This document shows positions 10,823 through 25,740 of a stretch of 64,000 nt of DNA, piece after piece. The notes under the pieces were generated by a model, which searched no databases, was not told the DNA's origin, and saw only the letters and a list, made by a program, of their open reading frames with translations. Every line of letters starts with the position of its first letter. The stretch's first letter is position 1. Source of the stretch: Tricharina praecox (taxonomy: Eukaryota); contig NW_026250409.1 of the NCBI RefSeq assembly GCF_024521635.1, positions 868,001 to 932,000 on the forward strand. The letters are read 5' to 3'. A program made the position numbers and the translations under genes.

Positions 10823-13353
10823 ATGGAAGAAGCTTCGTCCATCACGTCTGGTTCCCCGGTCCTCTCTCCCGAGCGTAGCAACGTTAGCACGCCTACCAAT
10901 AAGTCGTTCCGTGGATACACTCATGTCATTGACCAGTCCCCCCTCGGACCATACGAAGAGGAAGACCCGCTCAAGAGCCCGGAGGTTCGTCAAGGTCTAG
11001 CATCGAATGTGCCCACCACCACCACTCCCACCCCTACCACCACCACTCCTACCCCCACCGCCACCACCACCACCAACACTCCCATCACTCCCAACGATCT
11101 AGACGTACAGACCGAAGGTGAAAATGAAAATCGATCGGAGACCTTGCAGTCACAGATCACGTGTGTCACCCCCACCCCCACCAGGCGTGCTCCCCGTGGT
11201 ATCGACCATTGGGCTACCTCGACAACCAGATACCTGAAAATCAGCAATATAAACCCTAGGTTTCCCACAGCGGACCTATACAAATACTTGGCTGTAAGTG
11301 TATCCCATCTTTCCAATATATACATGGCTGACTCCTAGCTCTAGGAGGTCGGAGATGTTGAAGAATACAATACGTCACGATTGCTGTCGGATGGCATCTG
11401 TGTCATTTCGTATTTTGATTTGAGAGACGCCATCGCCTGTTACATGAAATGTAAAGCGGAGTATAATATGTGGATTTTACAATTCTGCAGTCCAGCTTAC
11501 TTCGATATGGTAAGCTGCTTTTCACTCTTCAATACCAGTGGCTAACATCCTCAAAGCTGGGGGTACATACCAACCGACGTGGTGACAATAGGTCTGCAGA
11601 CGTTGTCTGCAGCGTTGGTTCGGGTCCCCGCTTGTCCAAACCAGCTGGACCGTTGTATGCTCGGCTCCGCGACTTTGGGGCCATCGAAAAATTCAAGACC
11701 TTGCGGCGTGATAAGAAGCCTACGTTTTTCGTCGCGTTTGCCGAGCACCGGATTGCCTCTAATGTGGTGGATGTCCTTGATGGACAATACCTTATGGTTC
11801 GAACACCCATACTACCTGTGGTGACAATAGGCTGACATCGACATAGGGTTACCATCTTAGGGCCACTATCTTTGCGCCGGAGCGGTCGTCGGGGCTAGAC
11901 CCGTTCAGTGTGGAAACTAAGGAGGAGCTCATGTTGAGCTATGTCGACAAACCCACGGGAGCGCAGATCTACTCACCTCTCCCAATTCGTCCGGTTCTGG
12001 ATACGAACCTTGGATACGGATATGGACCGGCTACCCACAATCCGATTTTTCCAGAGGCCCGTCCCGCCAGCCCTGGAAATCATTCCGACACAGAGTCGGA
12101 AGATGTGTGTGGCGACCTCTTTACAGACCCGCGGGTGCTTCTTCCTGTGTCTACCCCTAAGCCCAAACTCCTGCCGTGCAAGCCGGACTGTGTCCATAGA
12201 CTGGCCGCCGAGAGGAAATTAAAATCCCCCACGGTTTTTGATAACAGCCTACTCCTACCAGGAAAAAATGTCATCGACCTAGACCGCATCGCCAGGGGAT
12301 TGGATACCAGAACGACTGTAAGCGCAGTGCAATAACTCAGGATGCTCGGTCCATTAACGGCTTGCAGGTAATGCTCCGCAATATTCCAAACAAAGTCGAT
12401 CAGGCAACCTTGAAGGATTACGTTGATGAAACGAGCCGTGGTCTTTACAACTTTCTGTACCTACGCATTGGTATTTCTCCCCGGACCCCAGTGCCATGCT
12501 CCTCCGCTAACCAACCACTGGGTAGATTTCCGCAACATCTGCAAGTATGCGACTTCAAGCTTGTCTCCCCCAGGTTCCCATACTCACCATCATCCACAGT
12601 GTTGGCTATGCGTTCATCAACTTCTTGGATGTAATCTTCCCTGTTGCTGTCTTATAGTAATGGTATACTTGTGCTAACAGTTTCTCGCAGCCACTGGATA
12701 TCATCGATGTTTGTCCCTAAATTCTCATTCCTGACCAAATCTATCTGACCTGCATGCAGTTCGTGAAAGAGAAATCCGGAACTCGCTGGTACGTCCAATA
12801 TCCAAGTTAACTCAATTCTGTACTGACTGATATGATTGCAGGAACAAGTTCAACTCGGAGAAGGTCCTTGATGTGACATATGCGAGTATGTCACGTTACT
12901 TAACCATCTCGGTCTTCTTTGCTCTCTTCTGACGCGACTGTTTTACGGCAGATATTCAAGGCATCGATCAACTTGTCGAGAAATTTAGAAACAGCTCAGT
13001 CATGGATCAAGATCCGGCGTACAGGCCGAAGGTGCATGGTCCCTCCATATACTTTCGGACAATCACTGACTAGCCTCTCTCAGTTATTTCATTCCGCTGG
13101 TCCGATGGCTGGTGAGTAAGTCCATTACAATATGCAACTCCGAACTGACGATTCACACAAAAGGACAAGAAATGACTTTCCCACCAGCGAACAACATTTT
13201 GAAGAAATGCAGGAGTGTTTCTGCGGCCCAACAGATTGGTTTGTTTGCTTCTTTAGCGGTATTGATGAATATATACTGACTCGATCAGGCCTCTTCGCGC
13301 CAAAGTTGCAACCCGGAAGTAAAGGCATCTGGCGTAGGCGCGGCACCGATTAG
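10823..13353 (+). CDS. mei2: Mei2-like RNA-binding protein (two divergent RRMs plus C-terminal Mei2 RRM3); about 13 introns
   Basis: Spliced product reads IDLDRIARGLDTRTTVMLRNIPNKVDQ...YNFLYLRIDFRNICNVGYAFINF...WNKFNSEKVLDVTYANIQG...EKFRNSSVM...YRPKLF, the Mei2 RRM3 signature. The N-terminal RRM has ISYFDLRDA. Confidence 0.93.
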
Positions 13354-14125
13354 CCTTCGACATTTGACCCTTGACCTCTGTGATCGATTGGTGCATTTTG
13401 GCGTCATCTTCATCAGGGGTTTGCTACAGCTCTTTGTGTTGTTTTGAGCCCATGAAGGTAGGGTTTGCACATGAAATCAAGGTAGGATACGCTTTGTCGT
13501 CCACCTTACCATGCCCTCCTTTAACATGCTCTTTAATGTTTTTTTCTCTTTTTTTTTCTTTTCGATGTGTTTTTCTACTGCTTGATTTGGGATGTTGATG
13601 ATTGTCGATTTGGGGATGATACGACTGCTTCCGGGGTTGCTAATGGTTTGTTGACGATGAACTGCAACACACAGGCAGTTGCTGTGGTTGTTTCTTGATG
13701 GTTGTTCTGACTGGATTTTTTTTTCTTGATGCTTGCTCATGCTTTCTGACGATGAATGTTGGCGGATGGTGGCTGTTTTTCTTGATGATTGTACTCTTTG
13801 ACTCAATTTTTCCCTCGATGATGCGTTTCTTGCAATTGCTTCTCGAGGTATTTTCTTCCCGTTTGAGGATTGGTGTGTACGATAGTTGTTCGTTTCCTGA
13901 TCATTGCTTCTGATACATACCGTTTTTGCGGATGATTATTGTGGGGGCCTAATGCTGGAGACCGATCCGCACATTGTGGATGGACTGTTGCGTTGCTTGT
14001 TTTGGCCCTGTTCCTAATAGGTAGTTCTTGTTGTTGGTAGTTGCAAGGGCGCTTGACACAGCCGTTTGAACATATCTCGAGATCCACTTGTCGAAATGGG
14101 ATGCCTAGAAATTCCTTTGCTATGC

Positions 14126-15613
14126 TCAAATATACACCGATGTCATGGCCGTATCTATTGACTTCAAAGGTTCAACCTCTCCTCCTTCCACCTTAACTCC
14201 TCCTTCGAACCTCCCCTTCCGCCAGCTCAGAAATTCTTCAGACAGAAAACTCTTCGCCCCCTCCTTCCTAATCACCTCTACAACCCTCGAGTCCTCCGCA
14301 TGCCGTATTGTCCACACGCCGTCATCCACAATGACCTCCTTCAGCCACTTCACAATCTCCGTCGTAAAATCGATCGAGAACTGGGCATCCCACAGGTTCC
14401 TACCACTACTACTCGCCAACCGGGGGAGATCATGCGTTTCAAACTCCTTCACGTTCCTTAGTATCCCATCGTCGTCGCGGAAGCCTACAATCACCCGTCC
14501 CACTCCGAGAAGAAAAGATTGCGCCCAGAACCGCTGCATCTTCCGCTCGAACGCTATTTCGTCACGGTCCGAGGTGATGCGCTTGTTGGTTTTGAGCTCT
14601 ATGTATTGAGTGCCATCTGCGGAGGAGGGTGCGTGGGTATCCCAGACTATGAATGTTAGTGGGTGGGAGCGGGAGAATCCGAGGAGAGGGGGAAATACCG
14701 GCGTCAACCTCACCACCGAGAATCATACCGGTGTCACCGAAACTCGTCTTGACGATGCTACAGAATTGCGCTTCGTTGGAGACTACTTCTTTCATTCGGG
14801 ACTCTATGGTTTCACGAGGCGTGTCGTCCCAGGTGGCTGGAAGGGTTGAGAGAGTTTCGAACTTGTAACCTGCGGATTGGGAGAGTCAGAGCTGTGGGAG
14901 AAGATGGGGGGGGTAAGGAGGAAGTACCCCAGTATGACATTACTTGCTGACGGTGGCCCCCAGGGCGTTGGGTGGCCATCTTATAGGCATGGGATTCTTC
15001 TATGAAACTGGACGGTCTTAGATTCGGCCGGAGGCAGGACGGTGACAGAGCAGACTCACATGGTATCCTACCCATCATCAGCGGAACGAACAAGCCTAAT
15101 TGCGTGGAACCTACTGACCTGGAATTTCGTAGCATTCATCTCGAACCTATCCCCCACTATTCAGCATACGTACCCCCGTCCTGTGGCCGATCACAAACCA
15201 ACCCATTCCGCATATCGAACGGCAAACTCATAAACTTCGTCATCATTCCCCTCCACGTGATGATATCGGTCTCGCATTTCTCCCCCGTCTTCTTCTCCAA
15301 CTCTACAAGCGCATCGAGGAGGCCGTCAAGATGGCTGTCGACCGAGTCGTCGTGCTTCACGAAGGTCTCGAAGCCTTCGGAAAGGCTTGTGTGGAGTTCG
15401 GGTGGGTAGTAGTATCGGAGCGAGGAGGCATCGAGGCGGAGCTGGTGTGCGTCATCGAAGGAGAAGTGGGTGATTTCCTGTGGATGGCCTACGGATCGGT
15501 AATTGAACGGTGGGGTGGATGGAATGGGAACGAACTTGTGGTCTACGCACGGCGGAATTGCGCTGGGCAAATCGCTCGAGCGGTTCTAGGGGGAATATCG
15601 CGTTCGTCGCCAT
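14126..15613 (-). CDS. RAI1: Rai1/DXO decapping and 5'-3' exoribonuclease (Rat1 partner), spliced
   Basis: MATNAIFPLEPLERF...RRPQEITHFSFD, SLRYYYPP, ITWRGMMTK, FEMNATKFQDTIFIEE, GYKFETL, LGGEVDA, YIELKT, FWAQSFLLGVGRVIVGFRD. Confidence 0.95.
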
Positions 15614-15947
15614 TGGTTTGGTATTTGAGTGTACTTAGGCTTCCGGTTAGGTACCTTTGGATTGGGGGGACGCGGACATTAGCTAGCTGTGCCGTTGAGA
15701 CGTGACGGCCGGGTAGAAAGGAACACGTGCGCCAAGGATCATTGTGGATGACTCGCAAATGAACGACAACAAATGAACGGCAGCCATTGACTATGATAAG
15801 TGTCAAAAGGGATATGAATTGAACTACTAGACGGGCAACGCTTTGGTGGACGCCAGAAACTCCTCGTACTCGTATGTGTGCTTCCTCCTCCTCCCCCACA
15901 GCTTCCCACAACCACTATCACCCACGTAGCAGATAAAAGCCAACGGC

Positions 15948-17208
15948 TCAATCCAGATCAAACGAGCCAGTGATTTGCGGAGCCTGTGAACGTGCGTCCG
16001 GGGCACCTCCTGCTCCAAACATGCTGCCCATCATATCCAAAATGTTCGTCGGCCTTCGGATCTGGATACCGAAGTACATCTCCCCGATATGTTCGATAGC
16101 CTGTAAGAACGATTAGCCTTCGCCTCCTGCGGCGCGGCCGTGGTTAACTTACATCATCCCAATCTTGAATATCCTTGAGCTGAGAAGCATAATGAGACTT
16201 GAGGTTACGGAACACTTCTGCCCCACCCGTCTGCGTCGCCAAGGTCAAAAGACTCAAGAAATTGAGCAACGGCAATGATGGGAAGATACGGATATCAGCC
16301 GAAGCAGACTGGACCTCCTGAATAACGAGCGTCGAGTTTTCCTGCATAAGCTGTCCGACGAATACTTCTAGCGAACGACACGCCTCCCGGAGGTTGCCAA
16401 CGAGCAGGTATCCGAAAACTGCTCGCGCAATGTAGGTCGGAGCGGTGTGAGCTTCGTCTTGCTTGTACCACTCGTATAACAGACGGGCCAGGACTTCGGC
16501 GCTCTCCCGAGTGCCGAGTATCAAATGCTTCTCCGCTTCGTATACCTCGTCCTCTACCACCCGGATAGCACTAGTTAGTCCCGCACAGAATCATCGCGCG
16601 GGGTCGTGGGAAGTACCATTTGCGTAGAGGTTGCCAATGAAATGGTGAAGCTCAGGATCACCCGCGGGGAACTCTCCGAATTTTGATGTCCAACTGGAAT
16701 CTGCTCAGACAAATGGTTGGGACATTCTGCCAGCAGGGAATGGGCGGGCGTACGCTATGGTCTCATTGATGAACCGCTTCCGACTAGGCTCTTCCGCCGG
16801 CATCATGGTGATCAGTTCGACCAGCCGCGCTGATGGCAGTATTAGTATATGAGACAAGAGGCAGTAAGGTAGCAGTGCGAGGCCGTACATTTAGACGCGG
16901 AGTCGGGCGCCAGCTTGGCCGTCTTGTAAACTTCCACCAGAACCAAGCATAGATCTCCACCACTCCCGCCCTGGTCGGCTTTCAGTAATGACTGGGCGCC
17001 GGCGGTGAGGATTTCGATAGCTGCATCGTAGTTTCCGACTTTCAGGTAGCGCTGCGACACTACTCGGAGCTGTTGGTGCGCTTCGTAGTACTGTCCTTCC
17101 TCGATCCTGAGCCGTCGTGTCAGCATGCTCTTGAAGACGGTCGGAAAAGCCGAGACTATACCTCCTCTGCAGCCTTAGGCGTGTCTTCTCCACGTTCTGG
17201 GATGCCAT
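15948..17208 (-). CDS. GET4: Golgi-to-ER traffic protein 4 (GET pathway), spliced
   Basis: IEEGQYYEAHQQLRVVSQRY, GDPELHHFIG, EAEKHLILGT, PLLNFLSLL, IGEMYFGIQI. Confidence 0.95.
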
Positions 17209-17360
17209 GGTGACGATATAGTAGACAAGTTTCGCGTGAGGTCGATCAAGGCTGTCAACCGGGGGTTAACGATAGGATGATGATGAAGCTCAGCGTGGGG
17301 TAGTCGTCCCCTTGGCAACACGTGTGTAACACTGCTAGCTCCAACCGCCCCCACCAGTAG

Positions 17361-20143
<2,783 letters not shown>

Positions 20144-20407
20144 GTTAGTTGCTGCTTTTCCGATGGGAGATGGGATGGGAATGGATATGTACATGGGGCG
20201 TTTACAAAAGTTTCTTTTGCAGTTTGAGAATTGATGGAATTCCATGGATCATTACCTTTGCTGTGAAGCTGCGAACTCATTCCTGTTTCCTTGATCTACA
20301 ACCTCCTCGTCATCTATATGGCCAACCTAAAATAGTATGCAAGTATGCTCGGCTTTTGTTTCGCCAGCCCAGTCTGGTCAGCCTCGTTCGGACCTCACAC
20401 TCGTAGG

Positions 20408-20772
20408 TATTCACTGCACTCTCGTCTTCATTCACCCAGCACGAGTGTCTACAACTTTCATTCACTCACGTTTGCTCACCCAGTGCGAGTGTCTGTAATG
20501 TCTCATTCACTCTCACATAAACTCATGAATTGTCTGCAACGTCCCATTCACTCTCACTCGCATTTATCAATGGTCTGCAACGTCTCATTCAGTCTCACGT
20601 TTGGTCACCCAGCACGAGTTTCTGCGACTCCCTATTCACTCTCACATACTCATGAATGGTCTGCAACGTCCCATTCACTCTCACATTCGCTCATCCAGCA
20701 CGAGTGTCTGCAACGCCCTATTCAATCTAACGTGAACTCATAGATGGTCTGCAATGTCCCATTCACTCTCAC
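20408..20772. repeat. Higher-order minisatellite: 8 copies of a ~26-bp core separated by two recurring linker types
   Basis: Core GTCTGCAACGTCCCATTCACTCTCAC (with variants) starts at 20447, 20491, 20532, 20573, 20620, 20659, 20706 and 20747. Confidence 0.9.
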
Positions 20773-20930
20773 TTGGTCGGCCAGAGTGTGCAGGAAAGAA
20801 GTGCGACGGTTCGCCATAGTCTAGATAGGCTGCATGCGAAATAAATTGAAGATATCTCTCTCACTTGCACTCACCCAGCACACGTACATCCACACCATCA
20901 GCCATAGGTACATCCATTCCCACTCAACCC

Positions 20931-20973
20931 CACTCAGTCTCACTCAGTCTCACTCAGTCTCACTCAGTCTCAC
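20931..20973. repeat. (CACTCAGTCT)x4 tandem repeat
   Basis: Directly visible 10-mer tandem. Confidence 0.9.
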
Positions 20974-21046
20974 CACAACCAGCAAAAGAATCCCACATCG
21001 CCACCACTCCAGCTGCAAAGCTAGGAAAAAATAAAAGAATTAATCG

Positions 21047-21128
21047 TGATGTCCGCAGGATTCGAACCTGCGCGGATTGCTCCACTAGCACCTGAAGCTA
21101 GCGCCTTAGACCACTCGGCCAGAACACC
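21047..21128 (-). tRNA. tRNA-Leu(CAG), intronless, copy 1
   Basis: GGTGTTCTGGCCGAGTGGTCTAAGGCG-CTAGC-TTCAGGT-GCTAG-TGGAGCAATCCGC-GCAGGTTCGAATCCTGC-GGACATCA. A and B boxes, long variable arm, A73 discriminator, downstream oligo-T. Confidence 0.96.
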
Positions 21129-21340
21129 TTGTTGCGTGTGACTTGTGCCTTACTTGCTATGACTGCCTTACCCCTGGCAAGCAAGCAACATCACGTGGTC
21201 ATAAAATAACTTTTGCAGTGCGGGTGCGCATCATTCACCCACCAGCATCGTCACTACCGTCAACAACAATTCCACCATCAATTCACGACCTCCTTCACGA
21301 ACCTACGAATTTCCGCCCCCCACGCACACGTAACGACGCA

Positions 21341-21710
21341 ATGGACCCTACAATGGCCGACCTCGGCCTCGCCGACTTCAACGAGAAGGACCGCAAGGAC
21401 CTCCAAGTGTTCCTCGAGAACGAGCGACAGAAGGCGAAATTTCAAGACAGTGCTGCTCACCCCTTCCTTTCCCCCTCCTATTTTCCTCCCCCCTCCTCTC
21501 CCCTCCGCCTCCCCCAGTTGCTGACACGGTTCCCCCACAGACGTGCACTCGCTCACGGCGATGTGCTGGGGCAAGTGCATAGCGCCGAACAAGATTTTGG
21601 GGCCGCAGGTGGACAAGGCCGAGGCGGGGTGTCTCGACAACTGTGTCAACCGCTACATTGATGCGCAGAAGACGGTGATTGCGCAGTTGGATCGGATTGG
21701 GCGGCAGTAG
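21341..21710 (+). CDS. TIM8: Mitochondrial intermembrane-space small Tim chaperone Tim8; one intron (about 21450-21540)
   Basis: LQVFLENERQKAKFQDNVHSLTAMCWGKC...EAGCLDNCVNRYID, a twin CX3C motif. Confidence 0.92.
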
Positions 21711-22663
21711 GGGGTTACGCGGTTTTGTATCATACGGGAGAAGAGCGAGGGGGCAAAATTGGCAGGCGGGAGAGGTTTGTCTGGAGCATAGGTACGCGGC
21801 AGGCAGGCTTAGATTTCCGAATACGATACGTACGATACGATAGGATCCCCGACTTGAATCCATCCACCGTCCCCGTCCCGTCCGTCCCGACTCTTCATCC
21901 ACGTGCTGTGCCGGCTCGGACGTTCCTCCACTCCAACCATTCCAACCACTCATCCACCACCTCGACTACCAACCCACCATACCAATCACCAATCCACATC
22001 CACATCCACACCCACATCCACCAGACCCCATACCAGACCGCCCACCCTCCCATTCCCTTGCTTTCCCAGCCCAATTGCAGCCCCAATTGCAGCCCCAATT
22101 GCAGTTCCTCCACCTCCAAATCCTCCCAACACACCCTTCCAAGTTCCAACCCACTTCCAACCCACGTACCAAGACCAAACAATAGGTATCTACCACTTCA
22201 TCCCTCCAATCCAATCCAATCCACAAAAAACGCCAAAAACACATCCCAATCCAGTAGTCCAGTATTCCAGTCCCCAATCCAAAAATCACAAACACCCGAC
22301 CAATTCAATCCAATAAGTTTTACCCAAAGTACCAGCTTGCCAGACAACCGCGCATCTACAAGATAAAATCGCACCAAACGTCGCCGTAACCACCACCGAG
22401 AGCTAAGACCAAAAATATATAAACAAAGAAATGAATGAGGAGCAGAAGAAGAGGAACAAACACATTTAGGCTAGGCTAGCGGGGGGACATCAGGTATAGG
22501 TACGCCATTAGAAGGACAGCAGCAGCAGGGGCGTAAGAACAATCGTAAAGTTAAGTAATCAAGTAATCAAGTATCAAGTCATCGTCGAACATTCGGACTC
22601 AAACTCAAGCGCAGTCGTAAAAGCGAGAGAAAAACAAAAGACACCCGGTTCCGTTCCGTTCCA

Positions 22664-24192
22664 TTATGTGGTGTGAAACGCCAGCGCGACGAGCACTATT
22701 ATCGCGGCGACGATGATGACGCCGACGACAGAGAGCACGCGGTTGACACGTCTCCACCAGCGGGCATTAGCGACTCGTCGCTCGAACGCCATTTCAGCCT
22801 TGCGTGCCTCTTTCGGGATGACGAAGTTCGCGGCGCCGACGCCGGCCTCGAGGTCGTCCGCGGTAATCTCGCCGCCCTCGGGAAGCGGCAGGAATGCCGC
22901 GATCCACCAGAATACCGGGAGCATGAAGCCGAGGCAGAAGAAGATCACCTGGCGGTTGATGGTCGTGATGTGTTTTATCGGGGGGTGGTCGAGGTGCGGC
23001 AGCGACCAGAGCGTGGTCGCGTCCGGGTCTCGCGGGCGGAGCTCGCGCGGCCGCATGAAGTACCGGGGGATCTCGCTGATGGACATCATGGAGTGGCCGG
23101 TCGGCGGTCGACGGTCTTCCGGGCTCGAGATGTAGCCGCCCGAGATCGGGCCCGTCGATTCGGTATTAGGTACGATAACGCTGGTTCGTCCGCCTTTCTG
23201 CCCGTAGAAGTATCTATGTGAGTATGGAATCAGCCACCGGGAAGTCGCATGCAGGAAAAAGAAAAAGAAAACAGAAAAAAAAGAAAAGGGCAAAGTTACC
23301 GTGCCCACGCGGGAAACTGTTTGGCACCGGATGGGGTTGTGGGGCGCGCGTTCGGATCGTTCAGCATATCCGTCGTGCTCGCCGACTGCGATCTCGAGCG
23401 TCCCACGCGGGACGCAGTCCTCAAAATTCCTCCTGCCATTACGACTCCTGCACCCGGGCTACCAGCTCCAATAGCTCCTGCTCCTGCTCCAATAGCTCCT
23501 CCTTGTGTCGAAGATTCTCCCAAGTCGGTCCCAACAACATTATTGACCAACCGCAACGTCTGCGCATTCATCCGGGCGCGATTCGGTATAAACTCAGTCT
23601 CCTGGCGATCGACCCATATACTTGACTGTCGTCGATAGTCGTCTTCGGTGTAGGGCGGCAAAGCAGCTTTCGATGGTTTCTTCAAGATCGAGCGAGGGAG
23701 AGCAGGAGCGATTCTCTGGGGGGCTGTTGGGTTTTGATGTGGATCCATCGCATCCGCGGCATAGGATTCGTCCACGGATCCGCTGGCCCCTCCCATTCCA
23801 GTTTCCTTCGCGTAGCGACCACTATTCGTCGCAACATCCGACGAGTAGTCGTCCTGAAATACGGGCAACGAGATTCGCTGTTTGTAAATGCGCAGGGGTG
23901 GTACCGGGGGCAGGCTGTCAACCGACACGTTGGAGCGCACTGTGTTGGAGCGCGAGGATACGGTTCCGCCCGTGGTCGAGGAATGATTGCTCGCGGCCGA
24001 CTTCTGCGATTTATGGTGTTTCGAGAAGTACTTGCCCCGGCCACCGGAAGATGAAGTGGAGGAGCGGGATGGGGCCTGCGACACGGCCGAGGGTTTCGAC
24101 GAGGAATTCGAGCTAGCGTTGTCTGAATTTGGGGCCGACGCCCGGACGTTGGTGTCCGAGTCCGAGCGCTGGTGGAGAGCATGGCGGGCCAT
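22664..24192 (-). CDS. Uncharacterised Ser-rich protein with C-terminal membrane segments; one intron (about 23215-23299)
   Basis: Long low-complexity ORF (MARHALHQRSDSDTN..., LPPVPPLRI) spliced to NRQVIFFCLGFMLPVFWWIAAFLPLP...ARWWRRVNRVLSVVGVIIVAAIIVLVALAF. Confidence 0.8.
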
Positions 24193-25740
24193 ACTATTTT
24201 TCTATACCGGGGCTGGTATGGAGTAGACGAGAGGAAGCGAGGATGAGGAGAAAGCGGAGGTATGAGAGGTCCACGGAATAATTAACACCAGCAGCACGAC
24301 ATGTGGGTGATTGATTTCTTGATTGGATTGCTCGATTAATGCCGGATTGGGTGGGTAAATGTTTTTCGCTAAATGGGTAGGGCAATTGTGGGTATGGGGT
24401 GAATGCGTGAATGCGTTGAATGTGAGTCTTGAAGTGTCTATTGCTGAAACGAATGTAGGGGGATTTGGAGAATCTGTCTGAGTTGTGGAGAGTGGCCGTA
24501 GGCGTAAACTTGTTCCTGAAGGATTTGGGTTCCGTTGGAGAAGCTTCCTAGCGATATTCGTAAGATTGAAGGATGGTACTTTTTTCGTAGGGCGGTGGTG
24601 GCGACGGAGGGACGGTACGCAAGGAGGTAATTAAGGCCAATTGTTCTGCGAGTGAACCCAAGTGCGGGCAAAAGAGTGTATGTGGATTATAATCCGGAAA
24701 AAGAATGACTGGGTTACTTTGATACAAGTAACTCCTAAAAAGAGGGTACGGCGGTGACAGTGGGGACGGTCGTGAAGATCGCGAGCGCACGAGAGAGAGT
24801 GGGGAGGGATTGGGGGTAGAGAACGACGAGGACGAGACGACGGGAGAGCCGCCGCCCTAGGGGGGACGGAGTCTACATATTGGTTTCCAAAAGCCCCCCT
24901 ATCCCTACACGGCGCTGAGATAAGTATCATATGGACATAGAAATGGGAGAGGGTGGGGTGTGAAGAGAACTGTCGAAGGTGCAGAAGGCAAGCAGTCGGC
25001 GAAAATTCAGTGGTAAGAGAGCGCTGGGGGGGGATGTCCAGAATCCGGACAGGCAGGCAGACACAAGAGGGAAAGCGAGCTGCGCGGGCGGTCATGCAGG
25101 TACCTGAGTACATACCGGACTTAGAGCGGGCAAGGGCTGGGGGCGGATCCAGCGAATGGAGGGCCAGCAACTGGAAGGAAGGCGGCCTTTGTCCGGCGGT
25201 GCTGGCCGTCGCAGGGATGGCCATCAGCACGAGTGTGGCTGGAGTGCATGGGTGCCATCCACACGCGAGGGCCGAAAGCCACTAGCCACCTCCAACATGA
25301 AACGCTGCGTTGTTCCCAACCTGGGCTGGGTCTCACTCTGCTTTCCTTCCACTGCGACTCGATTCGGCTCTTGCAGATCGGAAATCCGCGCGACGACGGA
25401 GACGGGCAAAGGATATCCGACGGCACCAGAATCATCAGCAGCAACACCAGAAGCAGCAGCATCACCATCATCACCATCATAGCCGTTGTCACGTTGAAGC
25501 CACGAGGCGTAGGCAGGGAGTTAGCTTCGACTTAACCTCATAGCTAGCGCTTTCCCGTCACACGCGTGTCGATCGTGTGAGAGAAAGCCGCCGCCGCAGC
25601 AAGCAGGCTGCTATATAGAGTACTGGCACCACCTATACCGAACCCCTCGACACCCGTCTGCCCGTCCATTCATACATCTATCTGTCCCCCCGCGCCTACT
25701 CGTTCACACGGTGCAATCGGTACAGTGCACAGTGCATACG

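Noticed and set aside
13590..13945. Box C/D snoRNA cluster downstream of the Mei2-like gene
   Set aside because: Several TGATGA-like and CTGA words occur in T/G-rich 3' UTR-like sequence, but I could not identify terminal stems or rRNA-complementary guides.
20447..20772. CRISPR array
   Set aside because: Eukaryotic context, no cas genes, degenerate repeats, and the spacers are short and recur as two types instead of being unique.
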